The notes beneath the pieces are model-generated. The model was not told where the DNA came from and did not search any database. It saw only the letters and a program-made list of their open reading frames with translations. Source: Polyangiaceae bacterium (lineage in GTDB: Bacteria > Myxococcota_A > Polyangia > Polyangiales > Polyangiaceae). From it: a stretch of 29,324 bases of DNA. This document shows positions 16,569 through 25,001 of this stretch, piece by piece (position 1 is the stretch's first letter; every line of letters starts with the position of its first letter). The translations under genes and the position numbers were made by a program. The stretch lies in NCBI GenBank assembly GCA_044222475.1, contig JBGANF010000103.1:1-29324 (forward strand), given 5' to 3'.

Positions 16569-17522
16569 TCACTTCCCGCAGTCGGCGGGTTGGTAGCCAG
16601 GATCGAAGGTGCCGTAGTTCTGCGTGTAGAGGTCGGCCCCGAGCTTCGACGGCTGCGGGATGCAGAGCGTCCCGTACGTGACGTAGGTGCAGCGCGGGTT
16701 CGAGTCGTGCGTGCAGTTGTAGTCCTGGTCCATCTCGAGCGCGTACGGCTCGACGAGGGTCGTGACGTCCATGCGACCAAGCGCCGTCTTGGCGAGGGTG
16801 CTCGTCGGATCGACGAAGAAGTGAACTTGGCCGCGCGGCGCACCGGGGTTCGTCTCGTCGCTGAGATCGAACGGGGCGTGCGGCCCGCCGAGGTCGGTCG
16901 AGTTGCGCCAGGACTCGCCCTGCGGGATGTCGGCGATGTCGAACACGGAGCCCTGCTTGTTGCCCTTGTGCGTGTTCGCCGCGATGAGCGCGGTGTGGAG
17001 CGTCACGTCGTGGGCCATGATCAGGCGGTTGTACTCGGCGCCGCCGCAGCCGCCCGGGTTGTTCGTCCCGCTCGCGCCCTGCCCGCCCGCGATTCGGTAG
17101 AGCTTCGTGACGTGGAAGAGCATCGACGATCCATCGACGCCGAGGAGGCCTCCTTGGAGGCGCGCGGTGATCGTGAGGAACACGGTCTGCGCGGAGAGGT
17201 CCATCTTCTGCCACACGTCGCACACGCGCGTGACGTTGGAGCCCGAGAGGCCGTTCGACTGCGGAGTCGTGACGCTCGACTTCAGGTACGCGAAGTACGT
17301 CGTGAGCAGCCGGTCACGGTTGTCCTGCAGCTTGTCGACTGGGGGCGGCACGACGACGTCGGCGCCGGCGTCGATCGTCGATCCGTCGGTTGCGGGCGCG
17401 TCCGGCTTGCCGGCGTCCGACGACGCATCGGCTCGCGTCGCCGCGTCGTCCGGGGACGAATCGCCTCCGCTGCCGCATGCGACGACGAGACCCAGCATCG
17501 CCACGAGGCTGCCCCGCACCAT
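16569..17522 (-). CDS. Uncharacterised lipoprotein, 317 aa
   Basis: Signal peptide ending LVVAC, DA-rich linker, then a complex globular domain. Extended -10 (TGtTAAGCT) 6 nt before the ATG. Confidence 0.8.
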   Translation of the reverse strand: MVRGSLVAMLGLVVACGSGGDSSPDDAATRADASSDAGKPDAPATDGSTIDAGADVVVPPPVDKLQDNRDRLLTTYFAYLKSSVTTPQSNGLSGSNVTRVCDVWQKMDLSAQTVFLTITARLQGGLLGVDGSSMLFHVTKLYRIAGGQGASGTNNPGGCGGAEYNRLIMAHDVTLHTALIAANTHKGNKQGSVFDIADIPQGESWRNSTDLGGPHAPFDLSDETNPGAPRGQVHFFVDPTSTLAKTALGRMDVTTLVEPYALEMDQDYNCTHDSNPRCTYVTYGTLCIPQPSKLGADLYTQNYGTFDPGYQPADCGK

Positions 17523-17540
17523 GCATGGAGCTTAACACGC

Positions 17541-17864
17541 TCACATGGACACGTAGCTGTACTTCAGGAGGCCCGTGCTGCACTCCGCCGTGACCATGAG
17601 CTTGCCGGGCTCTTCGTGGCTCCAGTGCGTCTTGTCGATCGCGACGAGCTTCTCCTTCGGAGCGTAGCTCGTCAGGAACGTGATGCAGTCCGGTTCGGGG
17701 AGCTCCGCGGAGACGTCGAGGGTGAAGTCCCCTTCGAGGCTCCCCGGTGCGTCGGTCTTCTTCACCTCGACGTGCTTCGCCGACGCGGGCAGCTCGCGGA
17801 CGATCGCGGGATCGCGGTTGCATGCCCCGAGCCCGAGCAAAACGATGACGAAGAGGCGCCTCAT
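17541..17864 (-). CDS. Small uncharacterised lipoprotein, 107 aa
   Basis: MRRLFVIVLLGLGAC lipobox. ATGA overlap with the upstream DAC gene. Confidence 0.75.
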   Translation of the reverse strand: MRRLFVIVLLGLGACNRDPAIVRELPASAKHVEVKKTDAPGSLEGDFTLDVSAELPEPDCITFLTSYAPKEKLVAIDKTHWSHEEPGKLMVTAECSTGLLKYSYVSM

Positions 17865-19120
17865 GCCTCACCCCCGGACGACGCGTGCTCCCAGTACGTG
17901 ACCTGATCATCCTTCTTCTTCACGAAGCGCACGATGCCGTCCTGCGAGACGACGATCGCGATCGCCTCGGGGTAGGCGTTGCAGAACCGGTAGGCCGATC
18001 GATGACGCGTGCCGACGCCGTCGGTGCGCTCGCCTACGAGGTTCGTCCCTTCGAGATCGAGCGCGCGCATCACGGTGGGGACGTGCGGCAGACCCGCGCC
18101 GATCTCGGCGCCGAAGCCAAGGACCTCGAGGCGCTGCGTGACGACGGTCGCACCGTCGACGTCGCTGAGAGCGGCGATCATGTGCGCGAGCTCGAAGAGC
18201 CCCTCGTCGATGCTCATCACTTCGCGGTCGGTGCTCTCGTTCCACTCGGCGAAGCCCACCGGCTCGGTCCGGCCCGCGTGGGACGCCGCGAGCGCGCTCA
18301 TCGCGCGCAAGAGCAACGTGCGGTAGCGACTGCGCGCCGCGTCGTCTTCGAAGACGTACTTGAGGCGGAGCGCTTCGCTCGGACCGGCTTCGGCGAACGA
18401 AGGCGGGACGATGATCACGGTGCCTCCGTGCCGTGCGACGCGGATGGTACCGACGATGCGACGCACGAACGTCTGCGCGATCCGTCCCGCGAGGCCAGGC
18501 GCGAGCGGAGCCCACTCGGCTCGGTGCTCGGTCGCGTGGAGCGCTTCGAGCTCGCCCCGCACCGTCCGGAACGAGTCGCGGAGCCACTGCGACTCGAACA
18601 CGTCGATCTGGCGCGCGACGAGGCGACCTCCGACGATCGTCCCGATGCCCTGGTCGCCCCACGACGCGTGGAGCCGCCCCGGACCCGACACCGTGAGGAC
18701 CAGCGCATCGGCGACCTGATGCTGCGCGGTGCGCCCGCCCTGTTGCGAGCGAAGCCAGCCCGGGCCCGAGTGGACGAGACCCCAGATCTGGAGCCCACCG
18801 TGGAGGAGGCGCGCGCCGATCAGCGAGCGTTGGATCTTGGCCGCCGGCGCGAGGCGGCGCAGCTCCTCTTCGTCGAACGGCCGCGGCTCGTCGAAACGCA
18901 GGCGATGAAATCCGCTCGGAGGTCCGCGATCGATCGGGAGGTCGTCGGGCGAGACGAGGATGACGCGAAAGGTGACGGGGCGCTCTTCGTCGCGAAGAAG
19001 GCTCGCTTGATACGCCGTCGAGACGAGGTCGTCGAGCGCTTCGACCGAGATCTCGGGCAAGCCGCGCTCGGCGAGCGCGGCACGAATCGACTGCGCGAGG
19101 TGCTCCGGATAGGCGTGCAC
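17861..19120 (-). CDS. Diadenylate cyclase (DisA_N/DAC) domain protein with N-terminal DACNV-like putative sensor domain
   Basis: C-terminal VDGATVV...LGFGAEI...GTRHRSAYRFC...AIVVSQDG (DGA and RHR motifs), plus RHGGTVIIVP. The N-terminal ASLLRDEERP...LRRLAPA...LQIWG pattern is recalled for DACNV. Confidence 0.85.
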   Translation of the reverse strand: MHAYPEHLAQSIRAALAERGLPEISVEALDDLVSTAYQASLLRDEERPVTFRVILVSPDDLPIDRGPPSGFHRLRFDEPRPFDEEELRRLAPAAKIQRSLIGARLLHGGLQIWGLVHSGPGWLRSQQGGRTAQHQVADALVLTVSGPGRLHASWGDQGIGTIVGGRLVARQIDVFESQWLRDSFRTVRGELEALHATEHRAEWAPLAPGLAGRIAQTFVRRIVGTIRVARHGGTVIIVPPSFAEAGPSEALRLKYVFEDDAARSRYRTLLLRAMSALAASHAGRTEPVGFAEWNESTDREVMSIDEGLFELAHMIAALSDVDGATVVTQRLEVLGFGAEIGAGLPHVPTVMRALDLEGTNLVGERTDGVGTRHRSAYRFCNAYPEAIAIVVSQDGIVRFVKKKDDQVTYWEHASSGGEA

Positions 19121-19146
19121 GGCGTTTGACTATACAGTGAGGCGCC

Positions 19147-19431
19147 ATGGGGGAGTGCCAACTACAGGTTCCGTTTTTCGCGGTCGTACTCGGCGTGGGG
19201 ATCGTCGCCTGCGGCAGCGAGGTCACGACCGGAGCCGATGCGTCCACCAGTGACGGCGCGGTGAAAGACGCTGCGACCGACGGCGACGCGAGCTCGAAGC
19301 TCTGCGGCGACGGAACGCCGCTCGGGTGCACCAACGGGACGGTCGAGTGCTGTCCACCCGGTGCGCCGTGCCGTGCGCCCGAGCCGTTCTGCAATCTAGG
19401 CGGTGGCAAGTGCACTCCGGGCGACTGCTGA
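19147..19431 (+). CDS. Small Cys-rich lipoprotein, 94 aa
   Basis: Hydrophobic signal ending GIVAC, DA linker, eight Cys in the last ~42 residues. Confidence 0.7.
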   Translation: MGECQLQVPFFAVVLGVGIVACGSEVTTGADASTSDGAVKDAATDGDASSKLCGDGTPLGCTNGTVECCPPGAPCRAPEPFCNLGGGKCTPGDC

Positions 19432-19438
19432 GCCACCG

Positions 19439-21037
19439 ATGAACCGCCTACGTGTCGTCGTCCTCTGCGTCCTGACGGTCCTCGCGTCCGTCGCCTCGTG
19501 CACGCCCCCCGCGCACGCTCCCACGGCGACGCTCACGTTCGCCGCTCCCACGCGCGAGGCCGACGTGTATGCAACCGCGCCCACACCCGCGGTGAACACC
19601 GGCGATCCCGTCGTGCAAATTGCCGAGAACGCGATCCTCGATGCGGCCAAGATGCGCAAGCTCACGCTGACCGCCGACGCGCGGCTCACGGAGCTCGCCG
19701 CCTGGGTCGCCACGCAACGTCTCCACAACGTGACCCCGAACGGCGAGGCGTACGACTTCGCGGCGAGCTACCTCGGGTTGACGGGACCGACGCCCCAGAT
19801 GGTCGCCGTCTCGTTCGAAGGCGACGACTCGCTGGCGGCCCAGCTCGCCGCGAGGCTCGCTCGCATGCCGACGAACATCGAGCTGCGGCGTTATGGGCGG
19901 GCGGTGCTGAGCTACGGTCAGCAGAACATCGCGGTGCTTCTCATCACCACCGCCGACGTCAATCTGTCACAGCCGGTTCCCAAAAAGGTACACGTCGGGC
20001 AGACGATCCACATCACCGGGAGCGTGGTCGCGCCGCTGAATTCGGTGCACTCGTCGGTGACCGGTCCCGATGGCAAGGTCGAGGACTCGGCCGAGATGCC
20101 GCAGACGTTCGACATCCCGTTCACGCCGGCGGTCGCCGGCGTCCACAAGGTCGAGCTCCTCGCCGATGGACCCAACGGTCCCGACGTCGTCGCCAACTTT
20201 CCCATCTACGTCGACGTCGACGAGCCCCACGCGTTCACCCAAGTCGGGAACGCCGGGGACAGCGGATCGGTCGCGGAGACGGCCGAGCTGATGTTCAAGA
20301 AGCTCAACGAGTCGCGCGCGCAGGCGAAGCTCCCGCCGCTGCAGAAGTTCGAGCCGCTCGTGAAGATCGCCACCGCGAACAGCGAGGACATGGCCGACAA
20401 CCACTTCTTCGCTCACGTCTCACCGACGACGGGTGACGTCGGCGATCGCGTGAAGCGCGCGGGGCTCGAGCTCGGGCTGGTCGGGGAGAACATCGCGCTA
20501 GGCGGCAGCGCGAACGAGATGCACACCGGGCTGATGGGTAGCCCCGGTCACCGCGGTGCGATCCTCAGCAAGGACTACACGCACGTCGGCATCGGCGTGG
20601 CCTACGAAGGCGACGGCACGTACGTCGCGACCGAGGTCTTCGCGCGCATTCCCCCCACGCTCGATCTGCAAGCGGCGGCCGACTCGGCGCTCGTCGTCAT
20701 CAACCAGACGCGCGCGAAGAAGGGCCTCGCGCCGCTGGTGCTCGACAAGGCCATGTCGGAGCTCGCGACCGCCGGCGCAGTGGCGTACTTCAAGGCCGAC
20801 CCGCCGACGAAGGACGGCTCGGCCGCGGCGGCGAAGGCGGTGCTGACGGAGCGCTCGAAGACGATGCGCATCGAGCGTGAGTGGAGCTGGCTGTCGGCGG
20901 CGATCTCGGGCGTGGACGATCTGAGCCATGCAGACTTCGACGATGCTGCGTCGAAGACGGTAGGCATCGGGTTCGCGCAGGGACCGCGGGGAGGTCTGCC
21001 GAACGCGCTGGTGGTCGTGATCATTCTCCAGCGGTGA
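19439..21037 (+). CDS. CAP/SCP-domain lipoprotein (one canonical and one degenerate CAP domain), 532 aa
   Basis: ATG 19439, signal ending VASC. LNESRAQAKLPPL...HFFAH...GENIA...LMGSPGHRGAIL...YTHVGIGV, then a second INQTRAKKGLAPL...VGIG unit. Confidence 0.88.
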   Translation: MNRLRVVVLCVLTVLASVASCTPPAHAPTATLTFAAPTREADVYATAPTPAVNTGDPVVQIAENAILDAAKMRKLTLTADARLTELAAWVATQRLHNVTPNGEAYDFAASYLGLTGPTPQMVAVSFEGDDSLAAQLAARLARMPTNIELRRYGRAVLSYGQQNIAVLLITTADVNLSQPVPKKVHVGQTIHITGSVVAPLNSVHSSVTGPDGKVEDSAEMPQTFDIPFTPAVAGVHKVELLADGPNGPDVVANFPIYVDVDEPHAFTQVGNAGDSGSVAETAELMFKKLNESRAQAKLPPLQKFEPLVKIATANSEDMADNHFFAHVSPTTGDVGDRVKRAGLELGLVGENIALGGSANEMHTGLMGSPGHRGAILSKDYTHVGIGVAYEGDGTYVATEVFARIPPTLDLQAAADSALVVINQTRAKKGLAPLVLDKAMSELATAGAVAYFKADPPTKDGSAAAAKAVLTERSKTMRIEREWSWLSAAISGVDDLSHADFDDAASKTVGIGFAQGPRGGLPNALVVVIILQR

Positions 21038-21076
21038 CGAGGGAAGGTTGCTCGACTCACGTCGTATGAGGGGCGG

Positions 21077-21724
21077 ATGAAATCGCGGACGCTCCTTGCG
21101 CTCGGCGTCGCGACGGCGATGGCGTGGTCGCTCGCGTGCGGTGGTCCCTCGAACTACGGCCGCAGCGCCTACGGCACCGAGGGCGGCTACAGCATGGGCC
21201 ACGTCTACGCGAAGCCGGCGACACCGCTCGTCGCGCGCAAGATCGCCCGCCCGCTGTACATCGTGCTCGACGACGCTCGCGTGCGCGACGGTTGGCGCAT
21301 CTCGACCCCCGACTGCGAGGTCGGCGGTGACGACTGCGAGAAGTTCGCCTTGTACGACGCGCAGCTGTTCGTGAAGCGCGACCTCGTGCGTCTGCTGTCG
21401 AACTACTTCGCTCGCGTCGAGGTCATCCCGCCGGGCAAGGCGGTGCAAGGGCCGCACGTCATCGCCGACGTCAAGGTCGACGACATGAAGCTGCGCAACG
21501 TGCAGCGCGGCGCGCTGGTTCACACGTTCATCGACATGACGTGGAGCCTCGCGATGCGGCGCGGTGAAGACAAGGACTACGCGTTCTCGTACGCGGCCAC
21601 GTCGTCCAGCAACGACACGTACCCCACCTTCGAGGCGGGGCTCGTGCAACTCGTCGAGAACTCGCTCGGGGCCATGTCGGCGAAGTGGACCGAGAGCGGA
21701 ACGCTCGAGAAGTTCTACGACTGA
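21077..21724 (+). CDS. Uncharacterised lipoprotein, 215 aa
   Basis: Signal MKSRTLLALGVATAMAWSLAC, GC3-rich codons, GAGGGG upstream. Confidence 0.75.
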   Translation: MKSRTLLALGVATAMAWSLACGGPSNYGRSAYGTEGGYSMGHVYAKPATPLVARKIARPLYIVLDDARVRDGWRISTPDCEVGGDDCEKFALYDAQLFVKRDLVRLLSNYFARVEVIPPGKAVQGPHVIADVKVDDMKLRNVQRGALVHTFIDMTWSLAMRRGEDKDYAFSYAATSSSNDTYPTFEAGLVQLVENSLGAMSAKWTESGTLEKFYD

Positions 21725-22605
21725 GCGATCGCATCCACGATTGCCTGGGGCCGCTCTTCGGCCACGAAGTGCCCGGCATCCGCGATCCGCACGACCTCGG
21801 CGCTCGGGAACGCGGTCGTCCACTTCGCCAGGTGACGCTCCTGGAAGGCGGGGTCTTTCATCCCCCACACGATCGTCATCGGCACGCGCTCGAGCTCCGC
21901 GCGACGCTCCCAGAGCGTGGCGTAAAACGGATCCGATCCGACGAGCGCGCGAGCTAGGGCGTACGTCGCCTCGCGATCACGGCGCGCGTCGAACGGCGCG
22001 AGATAGTGGCGATGCGCGGCCTTCGACAGCTTCGTCTTGTCGCCGAACGCGGCGGGCAACAGCACGCGCGGCGAGAAGTTCAACCATCGGTAGAGGAAGC
22101 GACCGACGAAGCTCCGGATCACGCGGTCGAGGCGTCGCACCTGCGGGTCGTCTCCGTTCGGCCACATCCACGTGTTGACGACGGTGATCCGCTTCACGCG
22201 CTCCGGCATGTCGAGCGCGATCGGAAGCCCGATCGGGCCGCCGAAGTCGTGGACGACGAGCTCGAGGTCCCGCAGGTCGAGCTCTTCGACGAGCGCCTTC
22301 AGGCGCAGGGCGTGATCCTCCGGCGCGAGGGGGGCGCAAGGCGGCTTGTCGGACAGGCCGAAGCCGAGGTGGTCGGGCGCGACGACGCGGTGGGTCTTCG
22401 AGAGCGCGCGGATGACCTCGCGCCACTCGAACGACCAGCTGGGCGTGCCGTGGACGAGGAGCACCGGCGGACCGGCTCCTTCGTCGACGTACGACATCGC
22501 GCCGTCGGCAGTGCGAAAGCGCTTCGGGGTGAACGGATAGAGCTCGCGGTCGAGCCAGGCGAGCGAGGGAACGGTGAGCGCGGTGGAGGAGTGGACGAGG
22601 TTCAT
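21715..22605 (-). CDS. Alpha/beta hydrolase, haloalkane dehalogenase/OleB-like
   Basis: HGTPSWS oxyanion motif, DHLGFGLSDKP, Asp nucleophile in VHDFGG, WGMKDPAF, AGHFVAEE. Confidence 0.9.
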   Translation of the reverse strand: MNLVHSSTALTVPSLAWLDRELYPFTPKRFRTADGAMSYVDEGAGPPVLLVHGTPSWSFEWREVIRALSKTHRVVAPDHLGFGLSDKPPCAPLAPEDHALRLKALVEELDLRDLELVVHDFGGPIGLPIALDMPERVKRITVVNTWMWPNGDDPQVRRLDRVIRSFVGRFLYRWLNFSPRVLLPAAFGDKTKLSKAAHRHYLAPFDARRDREATYALARALVGSDPFYATLWERRAELERVPMTIVWGMKDPAFQERHLAKWTTAFPSAEVVRIADAGHFVAEERPQAIVDAIAQS

Positions 22606-22639
22606 GCCTTGAACGTCGCGTGGCGACGGCTCCTCGTGG

Positions 22640-23419
22640 ATGGTACGTTCGTACTACTCCGTGAAGACCGATCTCACCGCCACGCGCGTCGTGCTCGATG
22701 CGCTCGCCGCTTCGGCGCCGTCGCTTCGCGCGTACCGCGCCGGCGTGCTCGATGCGATCGCGTCGATCGCGCCCCACGACGCGGCGATCTTCCACGCGCT
22801 CTCGCCGCGCGTGCCGCTCGAGACGGGCGTCTTCCGGGGGCTCGACCCCGCGCTGCTGGCGGGCTCGCGGGCGCACTGGGACGACTTCGCGGTCGAGCTC
22901 GGCGCGCTCCGCGAGCTCGCGAACGAGCGGCTCGCCGTGAGCGACCAAGACGCGTTTCCGCTCGGCACTCGGGCGCGGGCGCGCTTCGAGCGCCAGTTCG
23001 TGCGCCGCTTCGGGATGCCGTCCCTGTGCATCGTCCACCTCATCGTGCGCGGGGCGGTGCGTGCGGCGATCGTGTTGCTGTCGCGGCGCCGTCGCGGCTT
23101 CGCGGCCGACGCGGTGGCGAAGCTCCGCGAGCTCGCTCCGGCGATCGCCGTTGCGGACACGCTGCACGCGACGCTCGACGGCACGGCGCGCGCGGCAGCG
23201 CCGCTCCGCCTCGTCTGTCGCGACGAGCGCCTCACGATGCGGCAGCGCGAGATCGTCGAGCACGTCGCGATGGGGCAGACGAACGCGGCGATCGCGAAGG
23301 CGCTCGACGTTTCCCCGAACACGGCGCGCAACCACCTCGCGAAGATCTTCGCGCGGGTCGGAGCCGCGAATCGCGCGGACCTGGTCCGGCTGGCGGTGCT
23401 GTCCCCCGCGTCGTCGTGA
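22640..23419 (+). CDS. LuxR-family transcriptional regulator with N-terminal GAF-like region
   Basis: C-terminal LTMRQREIVEHVAMGQTNAAIAKALDVSPNTARNHLAKIFARVGAANRADL. The true start may be GTG 22661. Confidence 0.9.
   Translation: MVRSYYSVKTDLTATRVVLDALAASAPSLRAYRAGVLDAIASIAPHDAAIFHALSPRVPLETGVFRGLDPALLAGSRAHWDDFAVELGALRELANERLAVSDQDAFPLGTRARARFERQFVRRFGMPSLCIVHLIVRGAVRAAIVLLSRRRRGFAADAVAKLRELAPAIAVADTLHATLDGTARAAAPLRLVCRDERLTMRQREIVEHVAMGQTNAAIAKALDVSPNTARNHLAKIFARVGAANRADLVRLAVLSPASS
22643..22654. promoter_or_regulatory. Short palindrome, candidate LuxR-family activator site for the hydrolase gene
   Basis: GTACG-TT-CGTAC centred about 43 nt upstream of the minus-strand ATG 22605. Confidence 0.35.
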
Positions 23420-23451
23420 AGACTCTATAGTGGGACCGAGGTGACGACTTC

Positions 23452-24234
23452 ATGACGCTCCGCGAGACCGTTGCGATCACGACGAAGGACGGGGTCTGCT
23501 CCGTCAGCCTGCATCGGCCCGAAGGCAAAGGACCGTTTCCGCCGGTGATCTTCGCGATGGACGGCTTCGGGCCACGTGCTTCGCTATTGGCGGTGGCGGA
23601 TCGCATCGCGAGCGCCGGGTACGTCGTCGCGTTGCCGGATCTGTACTACCGCGGCGGCTCCGTGCTGAGCGTCTTGCCGCCGGGCAGCCCGCACGACATC
23701 GCGTCGGTGCTCCCGCTCGTGATGGGCAACCCGGAGATCCGCGCGCAGTGGCGCGATCGCTTCTACGCTCCGGCGACGAACCCGGCGAACATCGAGACCG
23801 ACCTCGGCGCGGTTCTGGAGCTCCTCGCGGCGCGCGCCGACGTGCGGCCGGGCGCGGCGGGGATCGTGGGCTACTGCATGGGCGGCAACATCGCGCTGCG
23901 CGCCGCCGCGATCTTCGGTTCGCGCATCGCCGCCGCCGGGGTGTTCCACGGGGGCAACCTCGCGCTCGACGCGCCGGACAGTCCGCACCTCGGTGCGCCG
24001 AAGATCAAAGCGAGGGTCTTCGTCGCCGCCGCGATCGAGGATCCGTCGTTCACCGACGAGATGAGGGAGCGACTGGAGAAGGCGCTCACCGACGCGAAGG
24101 TGTCGCACGTCATCGAGACGTACCCGGCGAAGCACGGGTTCTGCATCCCCGACATGCCCACGTACGACGCGACGGCGGCCGAGCGACACTACGAGGCGGT
24201 GACCAAGCTCTTCGCGCAGGCGCTCGGCGCATGA
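23452..24234 (+). CDS. Dienelactone hydrolase family protein
   Basis: MDGFG, PDLYYR, GYCMGG (Cys nucleophile), FHGG, ED, AKHGF. GAGGTG RBS upstream. Confidence 0.92.
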   Translation: MTLRETVAITTKDGVCSVSLHRPEGKGPFPPVIFAMDGFGPRASLLAVADRIASAGYVVALPDLYYRGGSVLSVLPPGSPHDIASVLPLVMGNPEIRAQWRDRFYAPATNPANIETDLGAVLELLAARADVRPGAAGIVGYCMGGNIALRAAAIFGSRIAAAGVFHGGNLALDAPDSPHLGAPKIKARVFVAAAIEDPSFTDEMRERLEKALTDAKVSHVIETYPAKHGFCIPDMPTYDATAAERHYEAVTKLFAQALGA

Positions 24235-24995
24235 GCTTCATTCGGTCTGTATTCGTTTCGTGGATCGTCGTCGTCGCCGTCGCGTGCGGCGGTGAACGCC
24301 ACGCGAACGTCGCCGAGCCGGCGCTCGTGACGTTGCCGGAGGCGGGTGCGAGCGCGCAGCCGTCGGCGTCCGCGCCGGCCGCTTCGACGTCGGCTTCGGC
24401 AGCGCTCGCCGAGCCACCGCCGCGATCGAATCGCGGGTCCGGTCCCGACGGTTGCTTCACGCGCGAGGAGCTCGCCAAGCGTGAAGCCGAGGTGAAGGCG
24501 GATCGCGAGGCGACCTACCTCGAGGCGCTGCGGCGGCTCGGGCTCGCCCCCGAGAAGCTCGCGGGCCACGTGTTGGTGCACTCCGGGCAGGAGCTCTCGG
24601 GCCCACCGGTCGCGGCGCACGTCGAAGAGCGCGACGTGGCGGGCAAGCGACTCCGCGTCGTCGTCATGCCACCGACGGGTGGTTGCGGCGACCTCCTTGG
24701 CGCGTTCGAGTTCGCGCGCTCGGGCAATCGCGTGTTTGCCGTCGCGCGGCGAGTGAAGACTCGCAAGATCGACGTCACCGCGTGCGGCTGTCCGACGTGC
24801 AAGTGCGAGGCACCGAGCTACGCGCGAGGCTGCGGCGGAATGCGCATGGTCGCGGACACGATCCTCGGCTACGAGCTCCCGCCGGGGACCGACTTCGGCG
24901 GCGAGCGCGAGGTCTGGTACGTGGAGGACTGGGTGAGCGTCTCGCGAGCGCTGCCGCCGCAACCGGTCTGCGTGGCGCCGCCGCCGCCGCCGTAG
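24231..24995 (+). CDS. Uncharacterised Cys-containing lipoprotein, 254 aa
   Basis: ATGA overlap with the DLH stop. Signal ending VAVAC, Ala/Ser/Pro linker, CGCPTCKC cluster. Confidence 0.7.
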   Translation: MSFIRSVFVSWIVVVAVACGGERHANVAEPALVTLPEAGASAQPSASAPAASTSASAALAEPPPRSNRGSGPDGCFTREELAKREAEVKADREATYLEALRRLGLAPEKLAGHVLVHSGQELSGPPVAAHVEERDVAGKRLRVVVMPPTGGCGDLLGAFEFARSGNRVFAVARRVKTRKIDVTACGCPTCKCEAPSYARGCGGMRMVADTILGYELPPGTDFGGEREVWYVEDWVSVSRALPPQPVCVAPPPPP

Positions 24996-25001
24996 CGGCG
25001 C

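Noticed and set aside
19147..19431. RiPP precursor modified by the radical SAM enzyme
   Set aside because: The radical SAM protein is RlmN-type without a SPASM or RRE domain and lies 4.5 kb away. The peptide has a lipoprotein signal.
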